Below are positions 22,425-31,037 of a stretch of DNA of 64,000 nucleotides, in pieces. Where the stretch lies: assembly GCA_945883545.1 (NCBI GenBank), contig CAMCXT010000011.1, positions 2,652 to 66,651 of the forward strand. The letters are read 5' to 3'. How positions within the stretch are numbered: the first letter of the stretch is position 1; the number at the start of each line of letters is the position of its first letter. The translations under genes and the position numbers were made by a program. The notes beneath the pieces were generated by a model. It was not told where the DNA came from and searched no databases. It was given only the letters and a program-made list of their open reading frames with translations. The stretch is from Chitinophaga pinensis. Its GTDB lineage: Bacteria > Bacteroidota > Bacteroidia > M30B66.

Positions 22425-23075
22425 ATGATGGAATACAATTCTCAGCGACCAAAGCTGATCATTTCTGAATACGGTCGCCATATTCAAAAAATGGTCGATA
22501 ACGCCTGTGCGATCGAAGACCGCGAACAAAGAAATCAAGCAGCACGAGCAATCATCGTAGTGATGGGGCAATTAAATCCACATCTTCGCGACCAAAGTGA
22601 TTTCAGACATAAATTGTGGGATCACCTTTTTATTATGTCAGATTTTCGTTTGGATGTTGATTCTCCATATCCTATTCCTTCAAGAGAGAGTTTGGCCACC
22701 AAGCCATTTAAACTTCAATACCCCAGCAATTTAATTCGCTACAAACATTACGGTAAAATTGTAGAGAATTTAATCGATAATGCCCGAAAAATAGAAGATC
22801 CTTCCTTGAAGGAATCTATGGTAAGTGCCATTGCACACCATCTAAAGAAATCTTATTTGGCATGGAACCGCGATTCTGTTGCAGATGATATTATCTTTAA
22901 AGACCTAAAAGATTTATCTGCTGGATCGCTTCAAATGCCCGATGGAACTCAGCTAGGAGCCGCTACAGAAGTGCTTACTGCGAATTATTCACAAAGTCCG
23001 GGTAAGAAGTTTAATCGCAACAAGCAAAAACAGAAATCATTCAAGCGTAAATTCGGCAGCAGTAATAGCTACTGA
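22425..23075 (+). CDS. hypothetical protein, DUF4290-like (conserved partner of murA in Bacteroidota)
   Basis: 216 aa, no TM, sits 6 bp upstream of murA. I recall this DUF4290-murA arrangement as typical for the phylum; family assignment is from memory, not a search. Confidence 0.55.
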   Translation: MMEYNSQRPKLIISEYGRHIQKMVDNACAIEDREQRNQAARAIIVVMGQLNPHLRDQSDFRHKLWDHLFIMSDFRLDVDSPYPIPSRESLATKPFKLQYPSNLIRYKHYGKIVENLIDNARKIEDPSLKESMVSAIAHHLKKSYLAWNRDSVADDIIFKDLKDLSAGSLQMPDGTQLGAATEVLTANYSQSPGKKFNRNKQKQKSFKRKFGSSNSY

Positions 23076-23080
23076 ACCGT

Positions 23081-24385
23081 ATGAACAGATTCGAAATAGC
23101 CGGAGGCAAACGCCTTTCAGGTGAACTTACACCACAGGGTGCCAAGAATGAAGCCCTTCAAATTCTTTGTGCTGTACTTCTAACACCGGAGCGCTGCGAA
23201 ATTCACAATGTGCCAGATATTGTGGATGTTAACAAATTGATCGACCTCCTTGAGGCACTAGGTGTTAAAGTCGAAAAATTAGGAAATGGATCTTGGGTAT
23301 TCCAAGCCGACAATGTGAATGTCGACTTCATGATTTCGGAAGATTTCAAGAAACGCGGAGCTGCATTACGAGGATCGGTGATGATTGTTGGTCCTTTGCT
23401 CGCAAGATTTGGACGAGGCTACATCCCAAAACCAGGTGGAGATAAAATTGGTCGCCGCCGACTGGATACACATTTTATTGGCTTTCAGAATCTTGGAGCT
23501 GAATTCGATTTCGATAGTGTAGATAATTTCTACAAAGTTGAAGCGAAGGAATTACGCGGAGCTTCTATGTTGCTTGATGAGGCGTCTGTTACCGGAACTG
23601 CAAACATTATCATGGCGGCAGTGCTTGCCAAAGGCATTACCACCATATTTAATGCAGCTTGTGAGCCTTACATTCAACAGCTCTGTAAAATGCTTAACAG
23701 CATGGGTGCAAAGATTAGTGGTGTTGGATCGAACCTAATTAGCATTGAAGGTGTTCGCGAACTTGGTGGTTGTTCCCACCGCATGCTTCCGGATATGATC
23801 GAAATTGGATCCTTCATTGGCCTAGCCGCTATGACGCAGTCCAACATCCGAATTAAAGATACCGGCTACGATCATTTGGGGATGATTCCAGATGTGTTTC
23901 GCCGTTTAGGAATTGAAGTGCTTCGTGATGGCGACGATATCGTTATCCCTGAACAGGAAAGCTATACCATCAATAAATACATCGATGGCTCTATTTTAAC
24001 TGTTGCTGATGCACCTTGGCCAGGTTTCACGCCTGATTTGCTGAGTATCGTTTTGGTTGTTGCAACCCAAGCCAACGGTTCGGTACTTATCCACCAAAAA
24101 ATGTTCGAGAGCCGATTGTTTTTCGTTGATAAGCTCATCGACATGGGTGCTCAAATTATTTTGTGTGATCCGCACCGTGCAACCATTATTGGAGTGAACA
24201 GACGATACAAACTTCGTGGAATAAAAATGACTTCACCGGATATCCGTGCAGGTGTATCTTTATTGATTGCAGCCCTATCGGCTGAAGGCACTTCGGTTAT
24301 CGATAACATCGAGCAAATCGACCGTGGATACCAAAATATCGACACAAGACTTCGAGCAATCGGAGCAGACATAAAGCGTCTTTGA
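23081..24385 (+). CDS. murA: UDP-N-acetylglucosamine 1-carboxyvinyltransferase
   Basis: 434 aa; MNRFEIAGGKRLSGELTPQGAKNEALQILCAVLL N-terminus and KxGxD/active-site Cys region typical of MurA. Confidence 0.92.
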   Translation: MNRFEIAGGKRLSGELTPQGAKNEALQILCAVLLTPERCEIHNVPDIVDVNKLIDLLEALGVKVEKLGNGSWVFQADNVNVDFMISEDFKKRGAALRGSVMIVGPLLARFGRGYIPKPGGDKIGRRRLDTHFIGFQNLGAEFDFDSVDNFYKVEAKELRGASMLLDEASVTGTANIIMAAVLAKGITTIFNAACEPYIQQLCKMLNSMGAKISGVGSNLISIEGVRELGGCSHRMLPDMIEIGSFIGLAAMTQSNIRIKDTGYDHLGMIPDVFRRLGIEVLRDGDDIVIPEQESYTINKYIDGSILTVADAPWPGFTPDLLSIVLVVATQANGSVLIHQKMFESRLFFVDKLIDMGAQIILCDPHRATIIGVNRRYKLRGIKMTSPDIRAGVSLLIAALSAEGTSVIDNIEQIDRGYQNIDTRLRAIGADIKRL

Positions 24386-24401
24386 TTTTTAAACCAACAG
24401 T

Positions 24402-26159
24402 ATGAACTGGAAGAATTGGATCACTTTTCCGAGGTTTCTGCTGTTGGTTTTGTTTATTGCCCAGTGGCATATTTTGGCTGTTCGGCTCGATGGCGAAAGT
24501 TGGAAAGATGCAATTCCTTATGGAGGAGATGCGCATGGATACTATATGTATCTTCCCAATACTTTCATCGAGAATGATTACCCATATTCCCCTTGGAAGC
24601 CCAATCAGCCTGATTCTGGCTATGTTACTGTAAACCGATATTTCATTGGAACGGCAGTAGCTCAATTGCCCTTTTTCCTTGCAAGCGACTTGCTCGTTCA
24701 ACAGTTTCGCTTTGAAGAAAGAACTGGATATTCTGCTTGGTACATTGCTGCGATTTGCATTTCAGGGCTTTTTTATTTTGCGATTGGATTGATTTCATTG
24801 CGTAAGCTCCTGCTCCGATTGGGCTTCTCAGAAATAGTTAGCGTGTTGACATTGATCACGTTATGCTTTGCAACGAATCTCTACTATTATGCTTTGCAAG
24901 AACCTGGGATGTCGCATATATACTCATTCGGATTTATATCCTGTTTTTTGTTGGTTCTTCATCAACAAGTAGAAAAATTCAGTTCGAAACGCCTCATTCT
25001 ATTGGTGTTTTTGTTGAGTTTAATCGTGTTCATTCGTCCTGTAAATGCCTTGTTTCTTTTGGCGGTAATTCCGTTTGCAGGTTCTTTGGAAACGCTGAAG
25101 AGTATCATTGGAAAACTCCTTCAGCATTGGAAAGTGTTGTTGGTGTCATTGGCTATTCCAGCAGCATTTATATCAGTGCAATCACTCTATTATTTTGCAC
25201 AAACTCACCAATGGTGGATTTACAGCTATGGCAATGAAGGGTTTGATTTTTTAAATCCTCAATGGGTTAACCTGCTTTTTTCCTATCGCAAAGGTTGGCT
25301 CGTTTATACACCTGTTTTCACTCTGCTGATTCCCGCCATCTATCTTTTTTACAAGCAGTTCGGTCGGTTCTCTACTGTTTCTTTGGTCTTCATTTTTGTC
25401 CTGTTTATCTATGTAACTTCATCTTGGTGGTGTTGGTGGTATGGTGGAAGTTTTGGATCGCGACCATTTGTTGATTTAATGCCTTTATGTGCATTGCCCA
25501 TTGCATCTTTATATAGCCATGTTTCTATTGTTAGATGGAAAAAATACTTGGCGTGTTCATTTGTTGGACTTTGTATTTTCCTGAATCTCTTCCAAGTTTG
25601 GCAGTACGTCCATTCTATTCTTCCATTTGATGAGATGGATAGCATTAAGTACAAGAAGATTTTCCTACGAAACGGAAATGACTTTATTTACCTTTTTGAA
25701 AAGGATGAAGTTTGGATCAGAGAGAGTTTTCCTCATCCAAAACCAATTTGGACTTCTCCACTATTGTTAAAACAACAAGCTGGTGTGTCGCAAATTGTCT
25801 TCAATGGAAAAGACAGTTTATTTGAATTGATCGATATTTCTGTTCCTCCCGAAATATTTGCCCAAGGCGAAATTCGAATGATGCGAATTGAATTTCAAGT
25901 GCGTATGTCTGAGCTTGACCACAAAGCCGCACTCGTTTCTGAACTTGGTTCTTGCGATTATCCTGTGTTTTGGAATAAGAAGTTGCTCATTGCTAAAGTT
26001 GAGCAGGCGAACCGTTGGGAAACAGCATCATTTTTGTTTCCAATTCAAGAATTTCCTGGGTTTTGGCCCGAAATAAATCTTTCAATTTTTCAGCCGAAAA
26101 ACGCTACGGTAGAAGTAAGAAACCTAAAGATTCAATTTCTGGGCAACAAGTCAAGTTAA
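24402..26159 (+). CDS. polytopic membrane protein of unknown function (GT-C / ArnT-PMT-like appearance) with about 170-aa C-terminal soluble domain
   Basis: 585 aa; about 11-13 hydrophobic helices in first about 420 aa; 17 bp after murA stop. No catalytic motif identified with certainty. Confidence 0.6.
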   Translation: MNWKNWITFPRFLLLVLFIAQWHILAVRLDGESWKDAIPYGGDAHGYYMYLPNTFIENDYPYSPWKPNQPDSGYVTVNRYFIGTAVAQLPFFLASDLLVQQFRFEERTGYSAWYIAAICISGLFYFAIGLISLRKLLLRLGFSEIVSVLTLITLCFATNLYYYALQEPGMSHIYSFGFISCFLLVLHQQVEKFSSKRLILLVFLLSLIVFIRPVNALFLLAVIPFAGSLETLKSIIGKLLQHWKVLLVSLAIPAAFISVQSLYYFAQTHQWWIYSYGNEGFDFLNPQWVNLLFSYRKGWLVYTPVFTLLIPAIYLFYKQFGRFSTVSLVFIFVLFIYVTSSWWCWWYGGSFGSRPFVDLMPLCALPIASLYSHVSIVRWKKYLACSFVGLCIFLNLFQVWQYVHSILPFDEMDSIKYKKIFLRNGNDFIYLFEKDEVWIRESFPHPKPIWTSPLLLKQQAGVSQIVFNGKDSLFELIDISVPPEIFAQGEIRMMRIEFQVRMSELDHKAALVSELGSCDYPVFWNKKLLIAKVEQANRWETASFLFPIQEFPGFWPEINLSIFQPKNATVEVRNLKIQFLGNKSS

Positions 26160-26204
26160 GCTTGGCTTTATTTTTGTAAATTCGCGTTTTCATAAAAACA
26201 ATTC

Positions 26205-26756
26205 ATGAAATCAAATAAAATCTTCTGGTCGCTGTTTCTATTGGCATTTATAACTGTCGGAAGCATGCTTGCAATTAACTACAAATCGAATGGTCCTAAG
26301 CCCGTTGTTGGATTGAACGTGGGCAATCAGGCGCCCGACTTGGCATTCAAAACACCTGCAGGAAAAGAAATTAAATTATCCTCTCTTCGTGGCCAGGTTG
26401 TTCTACTAGACTTTTGGGCATCTTGGTGCGGACCATGTCGCATGGAAAATCCAAATGTGGTGAAGGCTTACAACAAATACAACAAGTTGAAATTCAAATC
26501 AGGCAAAGGCTTTACAATTTACAATGTATCGCTTGATATGAAGAAAGAAGCTTGGGAAAAGGCGATTCAAAAAGATGGTCTTGTTTGGGAAAACCACGTA
26601 AGTGATTTGATGGGTTGGAGCTCTCAAGCAGCTGCTATTTATGGTGTAAGTTCAATTCCAATGAACTATTTACTTGATGGCAAAGGGATCATCCTAGCAA
26701 AGAATCTTAGAGGAGCTGCACTCGAAGCAGAACTCGACAAGCAACTCGGAAACTAA
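26205..26756 (+). CDS. TlpA/ResA-like thiol-disulfide oxidoreductase (thioredoxin fold), membrane-anchored
   Basis: 183 aa; N-terminal signal/anchor; WASWCGPC active site. Confidence 0.8.
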   Translation: MKSNKIFWSLFLLAFITVGSMLAINYKSNGPKPVVGLNVGNQAPDLAFKTPAGKEIKLSSLRGQVVLLDFWASWCGPCRMENPNVVKAYNKYNKLKFKSGKGFTIYNVSLDMKKEAWEKAIQKDGLVWENHVSDLMGWSSQAAAIYGVSSIPMNYLLDGKGIILAKNLRGAALEAELDKQLGN

Positions 26757-26775
26757 GTTGTTTTAAAATTATTGA

Positions 26776-26810
26776 AAGCAGGCTTTCTTCAACAGATAGC
26801 CTGCTTTTTT
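26776..26810 (+). terminator. rho-independent terminator after TlpA-like gene
   Basis: aaagcaggct...agcctgc 8-bp stem followed by tttttt (26805-26810). Confidence 0.55.
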
Positions 26811-26904
26811 CATGTCAGAATGTCGCAATCCTCTGCATGGCACTATGGTTGCAAATGCGGTGCGAAATCCAATGAAAAACAGGATAAGAAAATTTTTTAG
26901 TAAA

Positions 26905-27504
26905 ATGAACCCCGAAGAAAAAGCTGCGGAAACAAATCCCATGGATGCTGATGCTCAATCGATGAATGAGTCCGCTACAGATGAACAAATCGTTGCTGAA
27001 GGCTCGATTGCAGGAGAAGATCCAATTAATCCAGAAGCATTAAATGCTGAGGAGGCAAAAATTTCAGATTGGGAAACCAAATACTACGATATCAACGACC
27101 GATACCTGCGTTTGTACTCAGAATTCGATAATTACAGAAAACGCACCATTAAAGAGCGCGCTGATTTGATTAAAACTGCAGGTTCTGACATTTTTGCTGC
27201 CATTCTGCCTGTGTTAGACGATTTTGAAAGAGCATCAAAAGCCCTTGAAGCTTCTGGTGAATCAAATCCTGCACAAGAAGGCATGTTGCTCATTTCTCAA
27301 AAGTTAAAAGGGATTCTAATCGGTCGTGGCTTGGAAGAAATGAATGCAAAAGGTCAAGATTTTGATCCCGATCTCCATGAAGCCATCACACAAATTCCTG
27401 CTCCTGACGAAAGTCAAAAAGGAAAGGTCATTGAAGAGCTAGAAAAGGGCTTTTCGTTGCATGGCAAAGTGATTCGCTTTGCTAAAGTTGTTGTAGGAAG
27501 CTGA
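26905..27504 (+). CDS. grpE: nucleotide exchange factor GrpE
   Basis: ORF 26812..27504. The first 93 nt overlap the upstream terminator, so start is placed at MNPEEKAAE (199 aa). Coiled-coil and C-terminal GrpE beta-domain ([11 protein letters not shown]). Confidence 0.85.
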   Translation: MNPEEKAAETNPMDADAQSMNESATDEQIVAEGSIAGEDPINPEALNAEEAKISDWETKYYDINDRYLRLYSEFDNYRKRTIKERADLIKTAGSDIFAAILPVLDDFERASKALEASGESNPAQEGMLLISQKLKGILIGRGLEEMNAKGQDFDPDLHEAITQIPAPDESQKGKVIEELEKGFSLHGKVIRFAKVVVGS

Positions 27505-27515
27505 TAATCAAAAAA

Positions 27516-28658
27516 ATGGCAAAAAGAGATTATTATGAGGTTCTCGGAGTTTCTAAGAACGCCGATGAGCAAGAATTGAAAAAGGCTTACCGCAAAATGG
27601 CGGTGAAATACCATCCCGATAAAAATCCGGGTGATAAAGCTGCTGAGGATAGTTTCAAAGAGGCAGCCGAAGCCTATGAAGTGCTCAGCAATGCTGATAA
27701 ACGAGCTCGTTATGATCGTTTTGGGCACCAAGGCAACAGCGGTCCTGCATCAGGTGGTGGATATGGTGGCGGAATGAACATGGAGGATATCTTCAGTCAA
27801 TTCGGCGACATCTTTGGCCAAGGTGGTTTTGGTGGTTTCGGCCAACAAACTCAAGGCAGAAGGGTAAACCGAGGAAGTAATCTCCGCATCAAAGTGAAGC
27901 TTACACTCGAGGAAATTGCTACTGGAGTTGAAAAGAAAATCAAGGTGAACAAATTCGTTGGCTGCAGAACCTGTTCAGGAACTGGTGCCGATAAAGGATC
28001 ATCATTTTCTACATGTTCAACTTGTAATGGTGCTGGTCGAGTTCACCGAATCACTAACACTATTCTCGGACAGATGCAAACAACTGCAACCTGTCCTGCC
28101 TGTGATGGCGAAGGAAAAATCATCGCGAGTAAATGTAAAACTTGCAGTGGTGACGGTATTACCCGCGAAGAAGACCTTATCTCATTGCAAATCCCTGCAG
28201 GAGTAGGTGAAGGTATGCAGCTCAATGTTGCAGGCAAAGGAAACGCAGCTCCTCGGGGAGGAATTCCTGGCGATTTGTTGGTGAGCATAGAAGAAGTTGA
28301 ACATGCCGAATTAAAGCGTGATGGCAACAATCTTTACTACAACTGTTACATCAACTTTGCAGATGCAGCCATTGGAACTTCCATCGAAATTCCAACGCTA
28401 GAAGGGAAAGCAAAGTTTAAAATTGATCCAGGTACCCAATCGGGTAAAGTGTATCGTTTGCGTGGAAAAGGATTGCCAGAAGTAAATAGCTATCAGCGTG
28501 GAGATCTGATGGTGGATGTAAATGTTTGGACGCCCCAAACCCTTACTTCTGAAGAAAAATCGATCTTAGAAAAATTACGCGAGTCGGCCAATTTCCAGCC
28601 TCAACCTGGAAAAAAGGAAAAGTCATTCTTCGACCGTGTAAAAGAGTACTTTCACTAA
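27516..28658 (+). CDS. dnaJ: molecular chaperone DnaJ
   Basis: 380 aa; J-domain with HPD ([10 protein letters not shown]), G/F-rich region, four CxxCxGxG zinc-finger repeats. Confidence 0.93.
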   Translation: MAKRDYYEVLGVSKNADEQELKKAYRKMAVKYHPDKNPGDKAAEDSFKEAAEAYEVLSNADKRARYDRFGHQGNSGPASGGGYGGGMNMEDIFSQFGDIFGQGGFGGFGQQTQGRRVNRGSNLRIKVKLTLEEIATGVEKKIKVNKFVGCRTCSGTGADKGSSFSTCSTCNGAGRVHRITNTILGQMQTTATCPACDGEGKIIASKCKTCSGDGITREEDLISLQIPAGVGEGMQLNVAGKGNAAPRGGIPGDLLVSIEEVEHAELKRDGNNLYYNCYINFADAAIGTSIEIPTLEGKAKFKIDPGTQSGKVYRLRGKGLPEVNSYQRGDLMVDVNVWTPQTLTSEEKSILEKLRESANFQPQPGKKEKSFFDRVKEYFH

Positions 28659-28676
28659 GACAAATCCTATATTTGA

Positions 28677-28722
28677 AGCCTGTCAGGAGCCTGTTGGCAG
28701 TTTTCCCGACAGGCTTATTCAT
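28677..28722 (+). terminator. hairpin downstream of dnaJ (possible weak terminator)
   Basis: agcctgtc...gacaggct 8-bp stem 19 nt after dnaJ stop; T-run poor (ttattc). Confidence 0.3.
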
Positions 28723-28751
28723 GTCCGAACAATTCAACGCAAATTTGCCCT

Positions 28752-29678
28752 ATGAGCGTTCCTATTTTTGAAGCCCGAGATATTACAAAAGTCTATGGCA
28801 ATTATGTTGCACTCAACAACGTCAGTATAAAAGTTGAGAAAGGGAGTATTTTTGGTCTACTCGGTCCAAACGGTGCTGGAAAAACTTCGCTCATTCGGAT
28901 AATTAATCAGATTACTGTACCAGATCAGGGAGAGGCTTTTTTCAATGGTGAACCACTTAAACCTGAGCATGTTAGCCGCATAGGTTATCTTCCCGAAGAA
29001 AGAGGGCTTTACCGAAAGATGCAGGTTGGTGAGCAGTGCATGTACCTGGCTCAATTGAAAGGGCTCGATCACAAAACTGCAAAATTGAAACTCCGGAATT
29101 GGTTCGAGAAATTCGAAATTCAAGGTTGGTGGAATAAAAAAGTTGAGGAGCTTTCTAAAGGGATGGCTCAGAAAGTACAGTTTATTGTAACTGTTCTGCA
29201 TGAACCTGAATTACTCATCTTTGATGAACCTTTCACAGGTTTCGATCCAGTAAATGCCAATCTGATTCGCGACGAAATCCTCGAATTAAGAAGAAATGGT
29301 TCAACGATCATCTTTTCAACTCACCGCATGGAAACAGTTGAAGAACTATGCGATAGTATAGCATTGATCAATAAAAGCCAGAAAATCCTCGACGGCAAAG
29401 TCGCTGACATAAAACGTGAATTCCGAACCAATACGTACAAAATGGAATTCAACGGGAATATGCTAGGATTCACCAATGCACTTTGGGCTGGAGCGGAATT
29501 ACTTGATCGTAAACAAGTAGATAATCATTGCACTGTAACGCTGCGTCTCGCAGGAAACAACACAGTGAACAATCTGTTTGCTGCCATCATGCCTATCTGT
29601 GAAATCATTTCATTCAATGAAGTGATACCTTCGATGAGCGATATTTTTATTAGAACAGTTCAACCCGACATTCAATAA
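28752..29678 (+). CDS. ABC transporter ATP-binding protein (NatA/ABC-2 type)
   Basis: 308 aa; Walker A GPNGAGKTS, signature LSKGMAQK, Walker B LLIFDEP. Confidence 0.85.
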   Translation: MSVPIFEARDITKVYGNYVALNNVSIKVEKGSIFGLLGPNGAGKTSLIRIINQITVPDQGEAFFNGEPLKPEHVSRIGYLPEERGLYRKMQVGEQCMYLAQLKGLDHKTAKLKLRNWFEKFEIQGWWNKKVEELSKGMAQKVQFIVTVLHEPELLIFDEPFTGFDPVNANLIRDEILELRRNGSTIIFSTHRMETVEELCDSIALINKSQKILDGKVADIKREFRTNTYKMEFNGNMLGFTNALWAGAELLDRKQVDNHCTVTLRLAGNNTVNNLFAAIMPICEIISFNEVIPSMSDIFIRTVQPDIQ

Positions 29679-29680
29679 CC

Positions 29681-31003
29681 ATGGGCAAAGTAGGACTAAT
29701 TATTAGAAGAGAATACCTCACTCGCGTTCGGAAAAAATCATTCCTTTTGATGACCATTCTCGGTCCCTTGATCATGGCTGCGATCATGATTGTGCCCGTT
29801 TGGATGGCATCTGTGAACGTTTCAGTGAAGAAAGTGCTCGTGCTCGATGAAGCTGGATTTATTGAGGGCTTACTTCAAGAAAACGACGATGTGAAGTTCT
29901 TCTACACCAGAACACCGCTGAAGAAATCTTTGTCGACACTCGATGCCGATGGATACTTCGCGTTGGTTCATGTGCCGCGTTTTCAAGAGAATGACATCAA
30001 TCACCTACAACGTCAAATTAAATTGTACTCAGCCAAGCAAGTTTCACTCAGCATGAAACTATTTGTGCGGAACCAGATTGAAAAGCAAATTGAAAGGCTC
30101 AAGTTACAATCCCAAGGTGTTGATCAGGATTTGGTCGACAACGTAAAGAAAAGCGTGAATGTGCCTTTGGAAATCATTCCTTTAGATGGCGAAAAAGGCT
30201 CAGGCGTTGAAATGAATACTGCACTCGGTATGATTGGAGGCATTCTGATTTACTTCTTTATTTTCCTTTTCGGAGCCCAAGTGATGCGTGGGGTTATTGA
30301 AGAAAAAACCAACAGAATTGTTGAAGTGATTATTTCTTCGGTGAAGCCTTTCCAACTAATGATGGGGAAAATTCTTGGAATCGCTTTGGTCGGTCTCACT
30401 CAATTTCTTCTTTGGGTGATTCTCACTGGAACAATTTACACTGTTTTCATGGGGACAGTTGTAAAGGAAAAACTCAGTTCCGACAAAATGGAAGCCCTCA
30501 TGAAGCAGAGCCCTGATGGAACTGCTGTTGCCGATTACGACGAATTGAAGCAAACGCAGCAAATGGTGAACGAAGTGAGTCGCATCAATTGGGGCTTAAT
30601 GATTCCATGTTTCATTTTTTACTTCCTCGGAGGCTATTTGCTTTATGGTGCAATGTTCGCTGCAATTGGCGGCGCTGTAGACAGTGAAGCCGATACACAA
30701 CAGTTCATGTTACCCGTTTCAGCGCCTTTGATATTGTCATTTGTTATGGCGCAAACTGTTCTCAATGATCCCAATGGAAGTCTGGCAGTTTGGTTGTCTA
30801 TCATTCCATTTACGTCTCCAATCATCATGATGGTTAGGTTGCCTTTCGGCGTTCATTATTCTGAAGTGCTATTGTCGATGGGGATGTTAATTCTTGGATT
30901 TATTTTGACCACTTGGGCAGCCGCTAAAATTTACCGCACTGGAATTCTAATGTACGGCAAACGACCAACTTGGAAAGAAATGCTCCGTTGGTTGCGTTAC
31001 TAA
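29681..31003 (+). CDS. ABC-2 family transporter permease (NatB-like)
   Basis: 440 aa; one N-terminal TM, large extracytoplasmic loop, 5 C-terminal TMs; 2 bp after ATPase gene. Confidence 0.7.
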   Translation: MGKVGLIIRREYLTRVRKKSFLLMTILGPLIMAAIMIVPVWMASVNVSVKKVLVLDEAGFIEGLLQENDDVKFFYTRTPLKKSLSTLDADGYFALVHVPRFQENDINHLQRQIKLYSAKQVSLSMKLFVRNQIEKQIERLKLQSQGVDQDLVDNVKKSVNVPLEIIPLDGEKGSGVEMNTALGMIGGILIYFFIFLFGAQVMRGVIEEKTNRIVEVIISSVKPFQLMMGKILGIALVGLTQFLLWVILTGTIYTVFMGTVVKEKLSSDKMEALMKQSPDGTAVADYDELKQTQQMVNEVSRINWGLMIPCFIFYFLGGYLLYGAMFAAIGGAVDSEADTQQFMLPVSAPLILSFVMAQTVLNDPNGSLAVWLSIIPFTSPIIMMVRLPFGVHYSEVLLSMGMLILGFILTTWAAAKIYRTGILMYGKRPTWKEMLRWLRY

Positions 31004-31037
31004 AACTTTTTGAATACGATCTTTTACCCGATTTCAC

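Noticed and set aside
26812-26904. 31-aa N-terminal extension of grpE and search for a CIRCE/HrcA operator upstream of grpE-dnaJ
   Set aside because: The extension overlaps the upstream terminator T-run. No TTAGCACTC-N9-GAGTGCTAA-like inverted repeat is present in 26757-26905, which is expected since many Bacteroidota do not use CIRCE.
28668-28675. TAtaTTTG -7-like octamer upstream of the ABC transporter gene
   Set aside because: No -33 TTG at the expected 17-23-nt spacing, and it lies upstream of a hairpin, so it is not called a promoter.
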